DNA of 49,939 nt from Candidatus Parcubacteria bacterium (GTDB lineage: Bacteria > Patescibacteriota > Patescibacteriia > PEXW01). The notes beneath the pieces were generated by a model that did no database searches, was not told the origin of the DNA, and saw only the letters and a list, made by a program, of their open reading frames with translations. The DNA is taken from assembly GCA_003597955.1 (NCBI GenBank), contig QZJU01000012.1, positions 1 through 49,939 of the forward strand, read 5' to 3'. Positions 9,610-18,829 of the stretch are shown one piece after another (position 1 is the stretch's first letter; every line of letters begins with the position of its first letter). Both the position numbers and the translations under genes were made by a program.

Positions 9610-9644
9610 AGCCGTTTAAAGCAATTTGAACGGCTTTTCTTTTT
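9610..9644 (+). terminator. Intrinsic terminator
   Basis: AGCCGTTTAAA-GCAA-TTTGAACGGCT followed by TTTCTTTTT. Confidence 0.7.
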
Positions 9645-9645
9645 G

Positions 9646-9750
9646 ACCCAGCACCACTTTTCAAAAAGATGTTTAATGCTAATTAAGGATATTTTGCCGG
9701 ATTAATATCTATATTGTGAAGAGATATTATCATTGAAAGTGGTGCTGGGT
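9646..9750. mobile_element. MITE-like element with 15-bp terminal inverted repeats
   Basis: ACCCAGCACCACTTT (9646-9660) and AAAGTGGTGCTGGGT (9736-9750) enclose an AT-rich interior, with TG on both flanks. Confidence 0.55.
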
Positions 9751-9778
9751 TGACAAAGCAGAATGTCCGTGTTAAGGT
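9750..9778 (+). promoter_or_regulatory. Sigma70-type promoter
   Basis: TTGACA-17 nt-TAAGGT upstream of GGAGG and the ATG at 9820. Confidence 0.55.
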
Positions 9779-9819
9779 TGCGGCGGAAATTTAGCTCATT
9801 AAAAAAATTGGAGGTGTAC

Positions 9820-10236
9820 ATGGGACGCTGTTACGAAATACCCGAAACCCTTATTGCTGAACTTTTGAGCGTGCTGGAAAAGCATTACCAAAAATGGCAT
9901 TGGCGAGGCAAAAATAATAGTTGGGGCGAAGAGTGTAAAGTAAAGACCGAAGAGCCACAGACCAAATTTCTCATCACTTTGAGAAAAAACAGGTACGGTG
10001 AGATTTTTATCGTCATTATTGATTCCGCCGAAAAATTAGGCTGGCGAAGCGTGTTAGATTACGAAATTCGCCAAGACGGTGTCTTGCTTGGCCGCGCCCA
10101 AGTTTTGTTTGAAAGGCTTATGAAGGTGGCGAGTTTTTCCACGATTCGCCAATTTAAGAAACGGCGTGGACCAGTGTTATTGGAAACGATTTCAAAGGCT
10201 ATCGAGATGCTAGATTCAGCCGGTTCGAAAAGCTGA
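9820..10236 (+). CDS. Hypothetical protein (138 aa)
   Basis: GGAGGTG RBS before ATG 9820, with its own promoter and terminator; no recognised motif. Confidence 0.7.
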   Translation: MGRCYEIPETLIAELLSVLEKHYQKWHWRGKNNSWGEECKVKTEEPQTKFLITLRKNRYGEIFIVIIDSAEKLGWRSVLDYEIRQDGVLLGRAQVLFERLMKVASFSTIRQFKKRRGPVLLETISKAIEMLDSAGSKS

Positions 10237-10270
10237 AATTCGTGTCTGTTGTCCATTACTAACGCAGTCG

Positions 10271-10306
10271 AAACCGCAGGCTTATTTTTCAAGTTTGCGG
10301 TTTTTT
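10271..10306. terminator. Intrinsic terminator
   Basis: AAACCGCAGGCTT...AAGTTTGCGGTTTTTT hairpin. Confidence 0.65.
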
Positions 10307-10430
10307 ATCAGCCTCCGTCACAATCTCCCAGCGTTAGCTTAAGGAATGAAGGCGGTACCAATTGATCAAGTTAATTCCGAAGAATATAGCTGCGCTTCGG
10401 CTGATTCCGCACAAAGAGAGCAGACTGATA

Positions 10431-10459
10431 ACCCGCCGTAGCCCTTGGCGAAGGCGGGT
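10431..10459. repeat. REP-like palindrome
   Basis: ACCCGCC-GTAGCCCTTGGCGAA-GGCGGGT downstream of thrS. Confidence 0.55.
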
Positions 10460-10495
10460 ATGAGGCTGGCACTATGGACACAAGCCCTTGAAGCT

Positions 10496-12247
10496 TCACT
10501 TCTTCATTTTTATCCGTTCAATCAAATCTTTCAAGAATTCGAGTTTAGCCATAACCTTGAGCGCTTTTTTGCCCCGAATCCGAATCATCAGCTTCCCGGT
10601 ATTTTTTTCCTTTTCGCCAATCACCAGGATGTAGGGGACTTTTTGTTTTTCCGCCGCGCGGATTTTGTAGCCAACGGTTTCATTATCGCCATAAAGCTCC
10701 ACTCGGATTTGAGACCGAAGGAATTCCTGGAAAAGTTTTTTGGCAAAAGACTTGTGCGCCTTGCCGACCGGAATAATCGCCACTTGGACGGGCGAGAGCC
10801 AGAGCGGGAATGCGCCGGCGTAGTGCTCAATCAGAAAAGCAATGGTTCTTTCCAAGCAGCCGATGGAAGCCCGGTGAATAACGATTGGTTCGCGCTCTTT
10901 GCCGCGATTGTCAATGTAGCGCAGGTTAAAGCGCTTTGGCATAACAAAGTCGTATTGCACGGTAAAAGCGGTTTCTTCCTGGCCGTTGATTTTTTTGACT
11001 TGCACATCAATTTTCGGGCCGTAAAAAGCCGCCTCGGCTGGCGCCTCATAGAACGGCGCCTTGGTTTTTTTCAGGATTTTTCGTAAAACATTTTCCGCGT
11101 ATTCCCAGGCTCTGTCGTCTTTATAATATTTTTTTTGATCCTGCCGATCGCCTAAAGACAGGCGATAGCGGTAATCCAAGCCTTTTTTCAAACCCAAGAT
11201 TTTATTGCTTGAATCTATAAATCTTAAAACATTTTCAATCTCCTTTTCTACTTGGTCAGCCGTGCAAAAAATATGGGCGTCCACCAGAGTGAACATTCTC
11301 ACACGCATTAAGCCGGTCAGTTCGCCGCTTTTTTCATAGCGGAATTGGGGGGAAATTTCCGCATAACGCAAAGGCAATTCCTTGTAGCTGCGAGGCCGGC
11401 TGGCGAAAAGCATAAAATGGTGCGGGCAGGTCATGGGCCGCAAGATCAGCTCTTCTTCATCCACGCGCATCGGCGGGTACATTGTGTCTTTGTAATACGG
11501 ATAATGCCCCGAGGTTTTATACAGCTCGGTTTTAGCCAAAGGCGGAGTAAAAACATGTTGGTAGCCGCGTTTGACTTCTTCATCAACAATAAATCTTTCC
11601 AGCTCGCGCCGGATCACGCTGCCTTTGGGCGTGAGCAAGGGCAGGCCCTTGCCCACCAATTCGGAAAATGCGAATAAATCTAGATTTTGGCCTAAAATTC
11701 GGTGGTCTCTTTTCTTCGCCTCGGCTTGCTGGGCTAAGTAAGCACCCAGGATTTTTTTGTTTTCAAATGCCACCCCGTAAATACGAGTCAGCATTTTATT
11801 TTTTTCGCTGCCGCGCCAATATGCGCCCGCCAAGTGCGTTAATCGAAAACCGTCCGCAGGAATTTCCTTAGTGGAGATGACATGCGGACCCGAACAGAGA
11901 TCCAGGAATTGGCCACTTTCGTAAAAAGTGATGGGTTTTTTTGCCTTTTCAAGTTCCGTCACCAGTTCAAGCTTGAATTTTTGTCGACCAAGCAGGTTTC
12001 GGGCTTCGGCAGGAGTCTTGTTCAGTTGGCGAAAGCTTAAATTTTGGCTGATCAGTCTTTTAATATGTTTTTCTAACTTTGGCAAATCTGTTTCGGAGAT
12101 TTTTTCCGGCAGGTCAAAGTCGTAATAAAAGCCGTTTTCAATAACCGGACCTATACCCAATTTTGCTTGCGGGAATTTTTCTAAAACCGCCATTGCCAGC
12201 AGATGGGAAAGCGAGTGTCGAATTTTATGCAGTTGTTCAGTGGTCAT
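10496..12247 (-). CDS. thrS: Threonine--tRNA ligase (lacks TGS domain)
   Basis: RHSLSHLLA, DLCSGPHV, GAYWRG, RDHR, RPMTCPHH, AFYGPKID and IHRA motifs. Confidence 0.98.
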   Translation of the reverse strand: MTTEQLHKIRHSLSHLLAMAVLEKFPQAKLGIGPVIENGFYYDFDLPEKISETDLPKLEKHIKRLISQNLSFRQLNKTPAEARNLLGRQKFKLELVTELEKAKKPITFYESGQFLDLCSGPHVISTKEIPADGFRLTHLAGAYWRGSEKNKMLTRIYGVAFENKKILGAYLAQQAEAKKRDHRILGQNLDLFAFSELVGKGLPLLTPKGSVIRRELERFIVDEEVKRGYQHVFTPPLAKTELYKTSGHYPYYKDTMYPPMRVDEEELILRPMTCPHHFMLFASRPRSYKELPLRYAEISPQFRYEKSGELTGLMRVRMFTLVDAHIFCTADQVEKEIENVLRFIDSSNKILGLKKGLDYRYRLSLGDRQDQKKYYKDDRAWEYAENVLRKILKKTKAPFYEAPAEAAFYGPKIDVQVKKINGQEETAFTVQYDFVMPKRFNLRYIDNRGKEREPIVIHRASIGCLERTIAFLIEHYAGAFPLWLSPVQVAIIPVGKAHKSFAKKLFQEFLRSQIRVELYGDNETVGYKIRAAEKQKVPYILVIGEKEKNTGKLMIRIRGKKALKVMAKLEFLKDLIERIKMKK

Positions 12248-12509
12248 ATATTTAGATTATAAAATAAACCCAAAGTTTTCGCTTTGGGGTCCAGTTTTGT
12301 CAGGCTTTATTAGTAGGCTGATTGTTTGGACGGTTCCACCCAATTTTCTCTGCCTTTTTGGGCAAAGACGCTTTTTCGCCTTCGGAATTAGACCGAAAAT
12401 CAAGAACAGTTTCCCCAGAAATCATTTTGGGGAAGGATGGTTGGTAGCCATCCCAATTTTCCGTTTTCAAACTATACCGTAAACTCGCGGTTCTGGCAAT
12501 AACCAGCCG

Positions 12510-12857
12510 CTAAGCCGCTCTTTTTCGGGAGTAAAAAATATCCTCGGCGCGTTTTTTTGCCGCGGAGTTGATTTCCGCGTGCGTGAGCTTGCTGCCGTCA
12601 TAATCCGCCTCAAAATCCGTTAGGGCTTCGTGTTTTTGACTGACCTCAGCGTCAGCCAGCTCCTCCCGGCTGTAAAATTCTTGCCATTCTGCGTCGGGAG
12701 TTTTTGGGTTTTTTTCCAATTCCGCCTTCTCGGTCAGTAGAAGCAATTGTCCGGTCTTTGCCTCGATTAAAGCATCAACCAGGTTTTGGTAATTTAAAGT
12801 TTGGTCAATGTTAGCTTCCGGCTTCTCGACTGTCGGCGCGTTTTCGAAGGGTTGCAT
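12510..12857 (-). CDS. Hypothetical acidic helical protein
   Basis: 115-aa ORF co-directional with its neighbours. Confidence 0.65.
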   Translation of the reverse strand: MQPFENAPTVEKPEANIDQTLNYQNLVDALIEAKTGQLLLLTEKAELEKNPKTPDAEWQEFYSREELADAEVSQKHEALTDFEADYDGSKLTHAEINSAAKKRAEDIFYSRKRAA

Positions 12858-12879
12858 ATTTTTTAAATTATTTTTATAG

Positions 12880-14073
12880 TTATTCTCCCCGCTGGATTTC
12901 CAAGCGAAGTTTTTTGGCGTCCGAAGGAACTTTTTTTACCCAAAATGGGGTAATCTCAACGGCGATGTTGGAAATCGCCGGGTTTTGCGTCAACAATTTT
13001 TCAATCTCCGCTTGATTTTTGCCCACATAGGTTGAAGGTTGAAAAAGAGCGTGGCTAGGCGCCGGTGCGGTTTTGCCTTTGGCCATCAACTCGAATTCGG
13101 CCTTCGCTTTTGTCGCGTCATAGGCACTGACTTTAAAAAGAAAATCCTGAGTGTTTAGCGTCAATAATTGCAGCTCTTGGGTTAATGTGGAATTCAAAAG
13201 TTCTTCCGCCGCTTTCCTTAATTCAGTTTCGGCAACTGCCACGCCCACGGTTTTCACGGTCAATTTCAAAGTGTAATTGCTTTTTTGCTCACCGATTTTC
13301 GGTCCAGACCGGGCCGTGGTTTGGGCATAAATCATGCCGGGTAGTAATTTTTTTCCTTCAGGCACCAGTTTTTGGAGTTCGGGCTCGGCTTGAGCAATGG
13401 CGGTCTGTTTTAATTCTGCCTCGGCGTTGGCCAATTCATTGGCGGTCAAGCCAGATGTGCCCGAGCTTGTTTGGCTTGTTTCCCCATAAAAATTTTCTGC
13501 AGCTACACCGTAAATTTTATCCTGCAGACCCAGCCATAATCCTGGAATCGTAAAACGGGTGTTTTTGGCGAGCGCGCCTTTTTCGCCAGCCTCATCGGCG
13601 ATTATCAAAGTCGTTACGCTGCTGCCGGCCGGTACATCTACTCTTGCCTGCGTTCGAAAAATTAAACCGTCAGGGGATTGGAAACGAGTGCCTGCCTGTA
13701 AAGGTTGGGTTTTGGAGTAACTGTTGATAATTTTGACATTACCTCGGGCTTTGCCTTGAAAAGTCGGGGTTTCGGCCGGAGTTTCTCCGGCGGTCTCGGC
13801 TTGGGCTTCAAAAGTCTTTTCCACCTCAACGTTTTTTTCCAAAAAAACCGCTGGCAGGTCAGTGCCGACCGGTGTGACGGCGGCGGTTAAAGTCGTTTTG
13901 GCCTCGGAAGTCTGCGGAATCCAAGTAAAGGCCACCCGGCTTTGGCCTGTGGCCAGAAAAATCACTCCGGCCAAGATTAAAATGGCGAGAATTAAAAAAC
14001 CAATTGCCAGGAAGCGTTGTTTGGGCGTTGTGGCGGGTTTATTTTGAGTTAGATTATGGGTTTGGCTAGGCAT
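12880..14073 (-). CDS. Membrane-anchored baseplate-J-like domain protein (CPR-type)
   Basis: N-terminal TM; KARG.V.I.N, Q.L..GTRF...G..FR, V.VP, AD..G and FTIPGL pattern. Confidence 0.7.
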   Translation of the reverse strand: MPSQTHNLTQNKPATTPKQRFLAIGFLILAILILAGVIFLATGQSRVAFTWIPQTSEAKTTLTAAVTPVGTDLPAVFLEKNVEVEKTFEAQAETAGETPAETPTFQGKARGNVKIINSYSKTQPLQAGTRFQSPDGLIFRTQARVDVPAGSSVTTLIIADEAGEKGALAKNTRFTIPGLWLGLQDKIYGVAAENFYGETSQTSSGTSGLTANELANAEAELKQTAIAQAEPELQKLVPEGKKLLPGMIYAQTTARSGPKIGEQKSNYTLKLTVKTVGVAVAETELRKAAEELLNSTLTQELQLLTLNTQDFLFKVSAYDATKAKAEFELMAKGKTAPAPSHALFQPSTYVGKNQAEIEKLLTQNPAISNIAVEITPFWVKKVPSDAKKLRLEIQRGE

Positions 14074-14074
14074 A

Positions 14075-17000
14075 TTATTGAAAGCTTAAATTTTCATTTC
14101 CCACCAGTCTAATCAGATCCGGCCAGACAGATTGGCGGTTTACTTTTAGGTTGGTTTTAATCTTTTTTTCACCCGACCCGTTTTGTGTAAGTATTTCCAC
14201 GGGGGTGGCTCCCGGGTGGGCCTCCAGAATTGATTTTAAGGTTTTAAATTTTTCTTTATCGATTTTTGCCTGAAGCTTGATGGTTAAAGGCTGATGGTTG
14301 GGCTGTTGGTTAGCGTAATCTTGCAAGGCCTTGGTGTCCAGTTCTCGCGCAGTATTAGCGAGAAATTTGATTTCCCCGTCTTTGTCGGAAACCTTGCCCT
14401 CCATTATAACCAGGCGGCCCTCTCGCCACAGTTCGTTAGTTTGCTGGAGAAGTTTTGGGAAGATCAGAGCTTCCACTCCACCAACAGCATCTTCAATTTT
14501 CACAAAAAGCATGGAATCGTTTTTTTTCGTGAGGATTTTTTGGATTTTGGAAACCACGCCGCCCACTCTGACCCGCTCATCGCCCAAGCGCTCGGCCAAT
14601 TGGTTCAAGGGCGTGGCGATTAAACCTAAATCCGCTTGGTAGGCCCTTAAGGGGTGATCAGACAGATATAAACCCATTAGCTCTTTTTCCCATTGCAGGC
14701 ATTGGTTTTTGGTGGCGGGTTCAAAGGGTTTTAGCCTTAATTTCGGAGCATGGCCATCGGGCAGATCCGAAAATAGGGAAATTTGGTTGCTGACATTCGA
14801 TTGGCTGGCGGTTTTATTGAACTGTAAAAGGGTTTCTAAGTTACCCAAGAGTTGGCCCCTTTCGCCAAAACGGTCCAAAGCTCCGGATTTAATCAGGCTT
14901 TCCAAGGCTTTTTTGTTAAAGTCTTTTACCTGAACTCGGCCAAGCAGGTCCTCCAATGATCTATACGGACCATTGGCTTTTCGTTCGTGCACGATAGTTT
15001 TCACAACATTTTCGCCAACATTTTTTATAGCCGTCAAGCCAAAGCGGATGGTTTGCGTGGGATTTTTGGTTTGGGGATCATAGACTGCCGTAAAGGTTGA
15101 GTAGCTTTCGTTGATGTCTGGGGGCAAGACTCGAATGCCCATGGCACGGCATTCGTCAATTTCAATGGCAATGCGGTCAATCGAACCGTGGTCGCCGGTA
15201 AGCAAAGCTGCCATAAAAGCCTCAGGCTCGTGGGTCTTGAAAAAAGCGGTCTGATAGGCAATAAGGGCGTAGCAGGCGGCGTGCGACCGGTTAAAGCCGT
15301 ACCGGGCGAAAGGCTCGATAAAATCAAAGACCTTTTCCGCCGTGTTTTTCTTTATGCCATTTTTGACGCAACCATTTATGAATTTTTCCCTTTGCTCTTT
15401 TAAAAGCTTTGCGATTTTTTTGCCCACCGCTTTTCTGAGGACATCGGCTTCACCTAAGGTAAAGCCCGCTAGGTCACGGGCGATTTCCATAATTTGCTCT
15501 TGGTAAACTGCCACACCGTAGGTTTTTTCTAAAATTGGTTTCAGCTTAGGATGGAGATAATTGGCGGTCTTGCGGCCGTGCTTTCGGGCGATAAAATCCG
15601 GAATGAACTCCATAGGCCCCGGTCGATATAAAGACACCATGGCGATCAGATCTTCCAGTTGAGTAGGTTTCAATTCTTTTAAATAGCGTCGCATGCCCGA
15701 AGATTCAAATTGAAATATGCCGATAGTATGCCCGGCTTGGAGCAATTCAAAAACCTTTTTATCATTCAGAGGCAATTTGTCCATGTCGTAATTCTTGCCT
15801 TGGGCTTTCTGAACTATTTCAATAGTTTGCTCTAGAACCGTCAGGTTTCGCAAACCTAAGAAATCCATTTTCAAAAGCCCGAGATCTTCAATTGGATGCA
15901 GGGAATATTGGGTGATTATAGTATCGTCGTCCGGACCCGCGTGTTGCAAAGGAACTTGTTCCATCAAGGGTTCTTTGGTAATCACTACGCCGCAGGCATG
16001 AACCGAGGCGTGGCGCGCCACGCCTTCCAGGCGCGCCGCCGTGTTTAGAAGTTTTTGGCCATCCAGGTCATTCTGCATAATTTCCTTGAGTTCGGGCACG
16101 GTGGCCAAAGCTTGGGGCAGGGCGGTAAACATTGGAATGAGCTTGGCAACCCTGTCGCAATAGGCGTAAGGGAAACCCATGACCCGGCCAACATCGCGCA
16201 CGGCGGCGCGCGCCGCCATTGTGCCGAAGGTTATAATTTGCGCCACATGATCTTCCCCGTATTTTTCCGCGACATACCGCAGGACATCGTCTCGCCGGGT
16301 GTCAGCAAAATCAAGGTCAATATCCGGCATGGAGATTCTCTCCGGGTTTAGAAATCTTTCAAACAGCAGATCATAGGCCAGCGGATCTACATTCGTGATG
16401 TTGGTCAGATAGGAGACGATCGAACCGGCAGCCGACCCTCGGCCCGGACCCACGACAATCTGATTGTTTTTCGCCCAATTTACAAAATCCTGAACAATTA
16501 AGAAATAGCTAGCAAAGCCGGTTTTTTCTATCACGCCTAGCTCGTAATTGAGGCGTTCCAGTATTTTCGGTTCTTTTACCCTGCCCGGGTAGCGTTTCGG
16601 CAGACCGGTTAAAGCCAGTTTTCGCAAATAGCTGTCCGCGGTTTCACCCTTTGGCACCTCAAAATGGGGGAGCTGGGTATTGCCCAGCGGCAGCTCGAAA
16701 TTGCAGCGTTCCGCGATTTTTAAAGAATTGGAAATAACCTCGGGATTTTTTGGAAAGGCTTTTTGGAATTCCGCCTCGGTCAGCATGCTCACATTAACGC
16801 CTTTGTAAGTCATGCGTTTGGGATCATCCATGGTCGTTCGAGTTTGAATGGCCAACAGCACATCTTGAATGTCCGCGTCATTTTCGGACAAATAGTGAAC
16901 ATCGTTGGTAGCCACGACGCCGAGATTGAATTTTTTTGCCAACTGAAAAATCACTTCATTTACCCTGACTTGGTCGTCAATTTTCAAATGAGGCTGAACT

Positions 17001-17518
17001 TCCAAGAAATAATTTTCCGAGCCAAAGATTTTCAAATATTTCTCGACAACCGCTTCGGGGGTCGCGTTTATTTTACCCAAAATCGAAGCGGCCAACTCGC
17101 CTTGCAGGCAAGCGGACAGAGCAATTAAGCCGTCGTGATATTTTTCCAGCAATTCCTGATCGATTCTCGGCCGATAATAAAAACCTTCCAAGTGGGAATG
17201 GGAAACCAGCTTTAATAAATTTTTGTAGCCGACCTGGTTTTGGGCAAGCAAGACCAGATGGAAAGGCCGCTCGTCAATTTTTGTTTCGCGGTCAAAGCGC
17301 GTGCGCCTGGCCACATAAGCCTCCACACCCAAAATTGGTTTTAAGTTGGCCGCCCTGGCTTTCTGAAAAAATTCCACCGCCCCATACAAGACCCCGTGGT
17401 CAGTCAAAGCCAATGCTGAAGCGCCTTGGTTTTTTGCGTAAGTAACTAGTTCGTCGATTTTTGGCAAACCGTCGAGCAGGGAATAATGGGAATGTACATG
17501 CAAATGCGTGAAACCCAT
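14075..17518 (-). CDS. dnaE: DNA polymerase III alpha subunit
   Basis: HLHVHSHYSLLDG PHP domain, GPGRGSAAGS, PDIDLDF and YGFNRSH motifs, C-terminal OB fold; no intein apparent. Confidence 0.98.
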   Translation of the reverse strand: MGFTHLHVHSHYSLLDGLPKIDELVTYAKNQGASALALTDHGVLYGAVEFFQKARAANLKPILGVEAYVARRTRFDRETKIDERPFHLVLLAQNQVGYKNLLKLVSHSHLEGFYYRPRIDQELLEKYHDGLIALSACLQGELAASILGKINATPEAVVEKYLKIFGSENYFLEVQPHLKIDDQVRVNEVIFQLAKKFNLGVVATNDVHYLSENDADIQDVLLAIQTRTTMDDPKRMTYKGVNVSMLTEAEFQKAFPKNPEVISNSLKIAERCNFELPLGNTQLPHFEVPKGETADSYLRKLALTGLPKRYPGRVKEPKILERLNYELGVIEKTGFASYFLIVQDFVNWAKNNQIVVGPGRGSAAGSIVSYLTNITNVDPLAYDLLFERFLNPERISMPDIDLDFADTRRDDVLRYVAEKYGEDHVAQIITFGTMAARAAVRDVGRVMGFPYAYCDRVAKLIPMFTALPQALATVPELKEIMQNDLDGQKLLNTAARLEGVARHASVHACGVVITKEPLMEQVPLQHAGPDDDTIITQYSLHPIEDLGLLKMDFLGLRNLTVLEQTIEIVQKAQGKNYDMDKLPLNDKKVFELLQAGHTIGIFQFESSGMRRYLKELKPTQLEDLIAMVSLYRPGPMEFIPDFIARKHGRKTANYLHPKLKPILEKTYGVAVYQEQIMEIARDLAGFTLGEADVLRKAVGKKIAKLLKEQREKFINGCVKNGIKKNTAEKVFDFIEPFARYGFNRSHAACYALIAYQTAFFKTHEPEAFMAALLTGDHGSIDRIAIEIDECRAMGIRVLPPDINESYSTFTAVYDPQTKNPTQTIRFGLTAIKNVGENVVKTIVHERKANGPYRSLEDLLGRVQVKDFNKKALESLIKSGALDRFGERGQLLGNLETLLQFNKTASQSNVSNQISLFSDLPDGHAPKLRLKPFEPATKNQCLQWEKELMGLYLSDHPLRAYQADLGLIATPLNQLAERLGDERVRVGGVVSKIQKILTKKNDSMLFVKIEDAVGGVEALIFPKLLQQTNELWREGRLVIMEGKVSDKDGEIKFLANTARELDTKALQDYANQQPNHQPLTIKLQAKIDKEKFKTLKSILEAHPGATPVEILTQNGSGEKKIKTNLKVNRQSVWPDLIRLVGNENLSFQ

Positions 17519-17596
17519 GAATTTAATGCCAAAGTTAAAAAATGAAAAGCTCCTCGTTTTAAATAAAAAAGAGGCAAAATGTCAAGGCAAAGTTTT

Positions 17597-17917
17597 TTAT
17601 TCCGAATCAGTTTGGGATTTTGTGTTTTTCTTTTTTGCTCGCCGAGACTGTACGAATGTGACGACTTCGCCTACAGCCTTAACGATTCCAGCGATGGCCG
17701 AAGCCGAAGAGCTGACTTTGTTTTGGATCGCGTCCAAAATTTCTCCCAAGTGTTCAAGCCGGTGATGTATACTTTCGATCATTTTCCGAAATTCTTGAAC
17801 GGCTTGGTTTACTGTTTTAATAATTTGAACCAAATAATATAGCAGCCAGACCAAAAATCCGCCAACGGCCAACAAAACAAAGGCGATTACTATGTTCAAA
17901 ATATCCCCAGTGCTCAT
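17597..17917 (-). CDS. DUF948-like membrane/coiled-coil protein
   Basis: N-terminal TM followed by an amphipathic coiled coil. Start may be 17935. Confidence 0.65.
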   Translation of the reverse strand: MSTGDILNIVIAFVLLAVGGFLVWLLYYLVQIIKTVNQAVQEFRKMIESIHHRLEHLGEILDAIQNKVSSSASAIAGIVKAVGEVVTFVQSRRAKKKNTKSQTDSE

Positions 17918-17982
17918 AGGCAAAAAGTATATCATATTTCGGGTTTGGCGGACAGTGAAAATATTGGCTATACTTATTGTAT

Positions 17983-18819
17983 ATGACTGAAACGCTTTCT
18001 GATCTAGGTTTAAGAATCAATTATTGGTTTTTGACTAATCGTCAGCAATTTCGGAAATGGTGGGTTATTTTATTACTGGCTATGGATGTTTTCATTTTAA
18101 CCGCAGTTATAACCCAGGGTTTACTTTTGTTGTTTCGCATCCGTGACGCCAGCAACATTATCGCTAGCGTTGTAAGCAGCACCCAAAAGCTTGGGGAAAG
18201 CCAATTGAAGTTAGCGCCCAAAGCCGTGGTGCAATCAGCCGCAACCGTGACCCCACATGGCCTTGGTCGGTACGATTTTTCCGTACGCTTGGAAAACCCC
18301 AACGAGAATTGGTTAGCCAGGGTCACAATTAAATTTCAAGGCGGAAAAAACGATTTATCACCGGTAGTTGTGGTTCTGCCGCCAAAAAGCGTTCGGTATG
18401 CTCTGGCCTTGGACGTGAAGCCGCTTATGGAAAATCAGACTCCCCAAGTTTCCATAACCCTCCCGGCCGTAATCTGGGAGAAACTTTCGATTCAAGAAAT
18501 TGCAAAGAACAAGATTGATGTCAAAGTTGAAAATCTTCAGCAGTCCCAAACCATTTTAGTTTCTGGGGACGGCACCAAACGTTTAGTGAGCCGCGTGATT
18601 GGCGAAATTGTGAATAGTAGTTTTTACTCTTTGAACGGCCTGCGCGTGGCGATTATTTTGACTCGAGGCACTGAAACTCTGGGTGTCCGCAGCGCAATCA
18701 TTTCCAAACTGGGACCGGAAAGTCGGGCGGACTTATCGGTTGAATGGGATACGGTTTTGCCTTTGGCTGACAAGGTTGAAGCATATCCGGAAATTTTTGC
18801 TGATTTAATTAGCGTTTAG
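17983..18819 (+). CDS. Membrane-anchored protein with two beta-sandwich (FxLYD-like) domains
   Basis: TM helix, then YDF...LENPN and GEIVN.S patterns; directly upstream of rodA. Confidence 0.65.
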   Translation: MTETLSDLGLRINYWFLTNRQQFRKWWVILLLAMDVFILTAVITQGLLLLFRIRDASNIIASVVSSTQKLGESQLKLAPKAVVQSAATVTPHGLGRYDFSVRLENPNENWLARVTIKFQGGKNDLSPVVVVLPPKSVRYALALDVKPLMENQTPQVSITLPAVIWEKLSIQEIAKNKIDVKVENLQQSQTILVSGDGTKRLVSRVIGEIVNSSFYSLNGLRVAIILTRGTETLGVRSAIISKLGPESRADLSVEWDTVLPLADKVEAYPEIFADLISV

Positions 18820-18829
18820 AAAGCTTGCA

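Noticed and set aside
10306-10430. Possible small RNA closed by a 9-bp stem on the minus strand downstream of thrS
   Set aside because: Only a short stem and a weak SRP-like resemblance are present, which is not enough support.
12880-14073. Prophage or contractile injection system
   Set aside because: It is a single baseplate-like gene with a TM anchor, and no sheath, tube, capsid or terminase genes are nearby.
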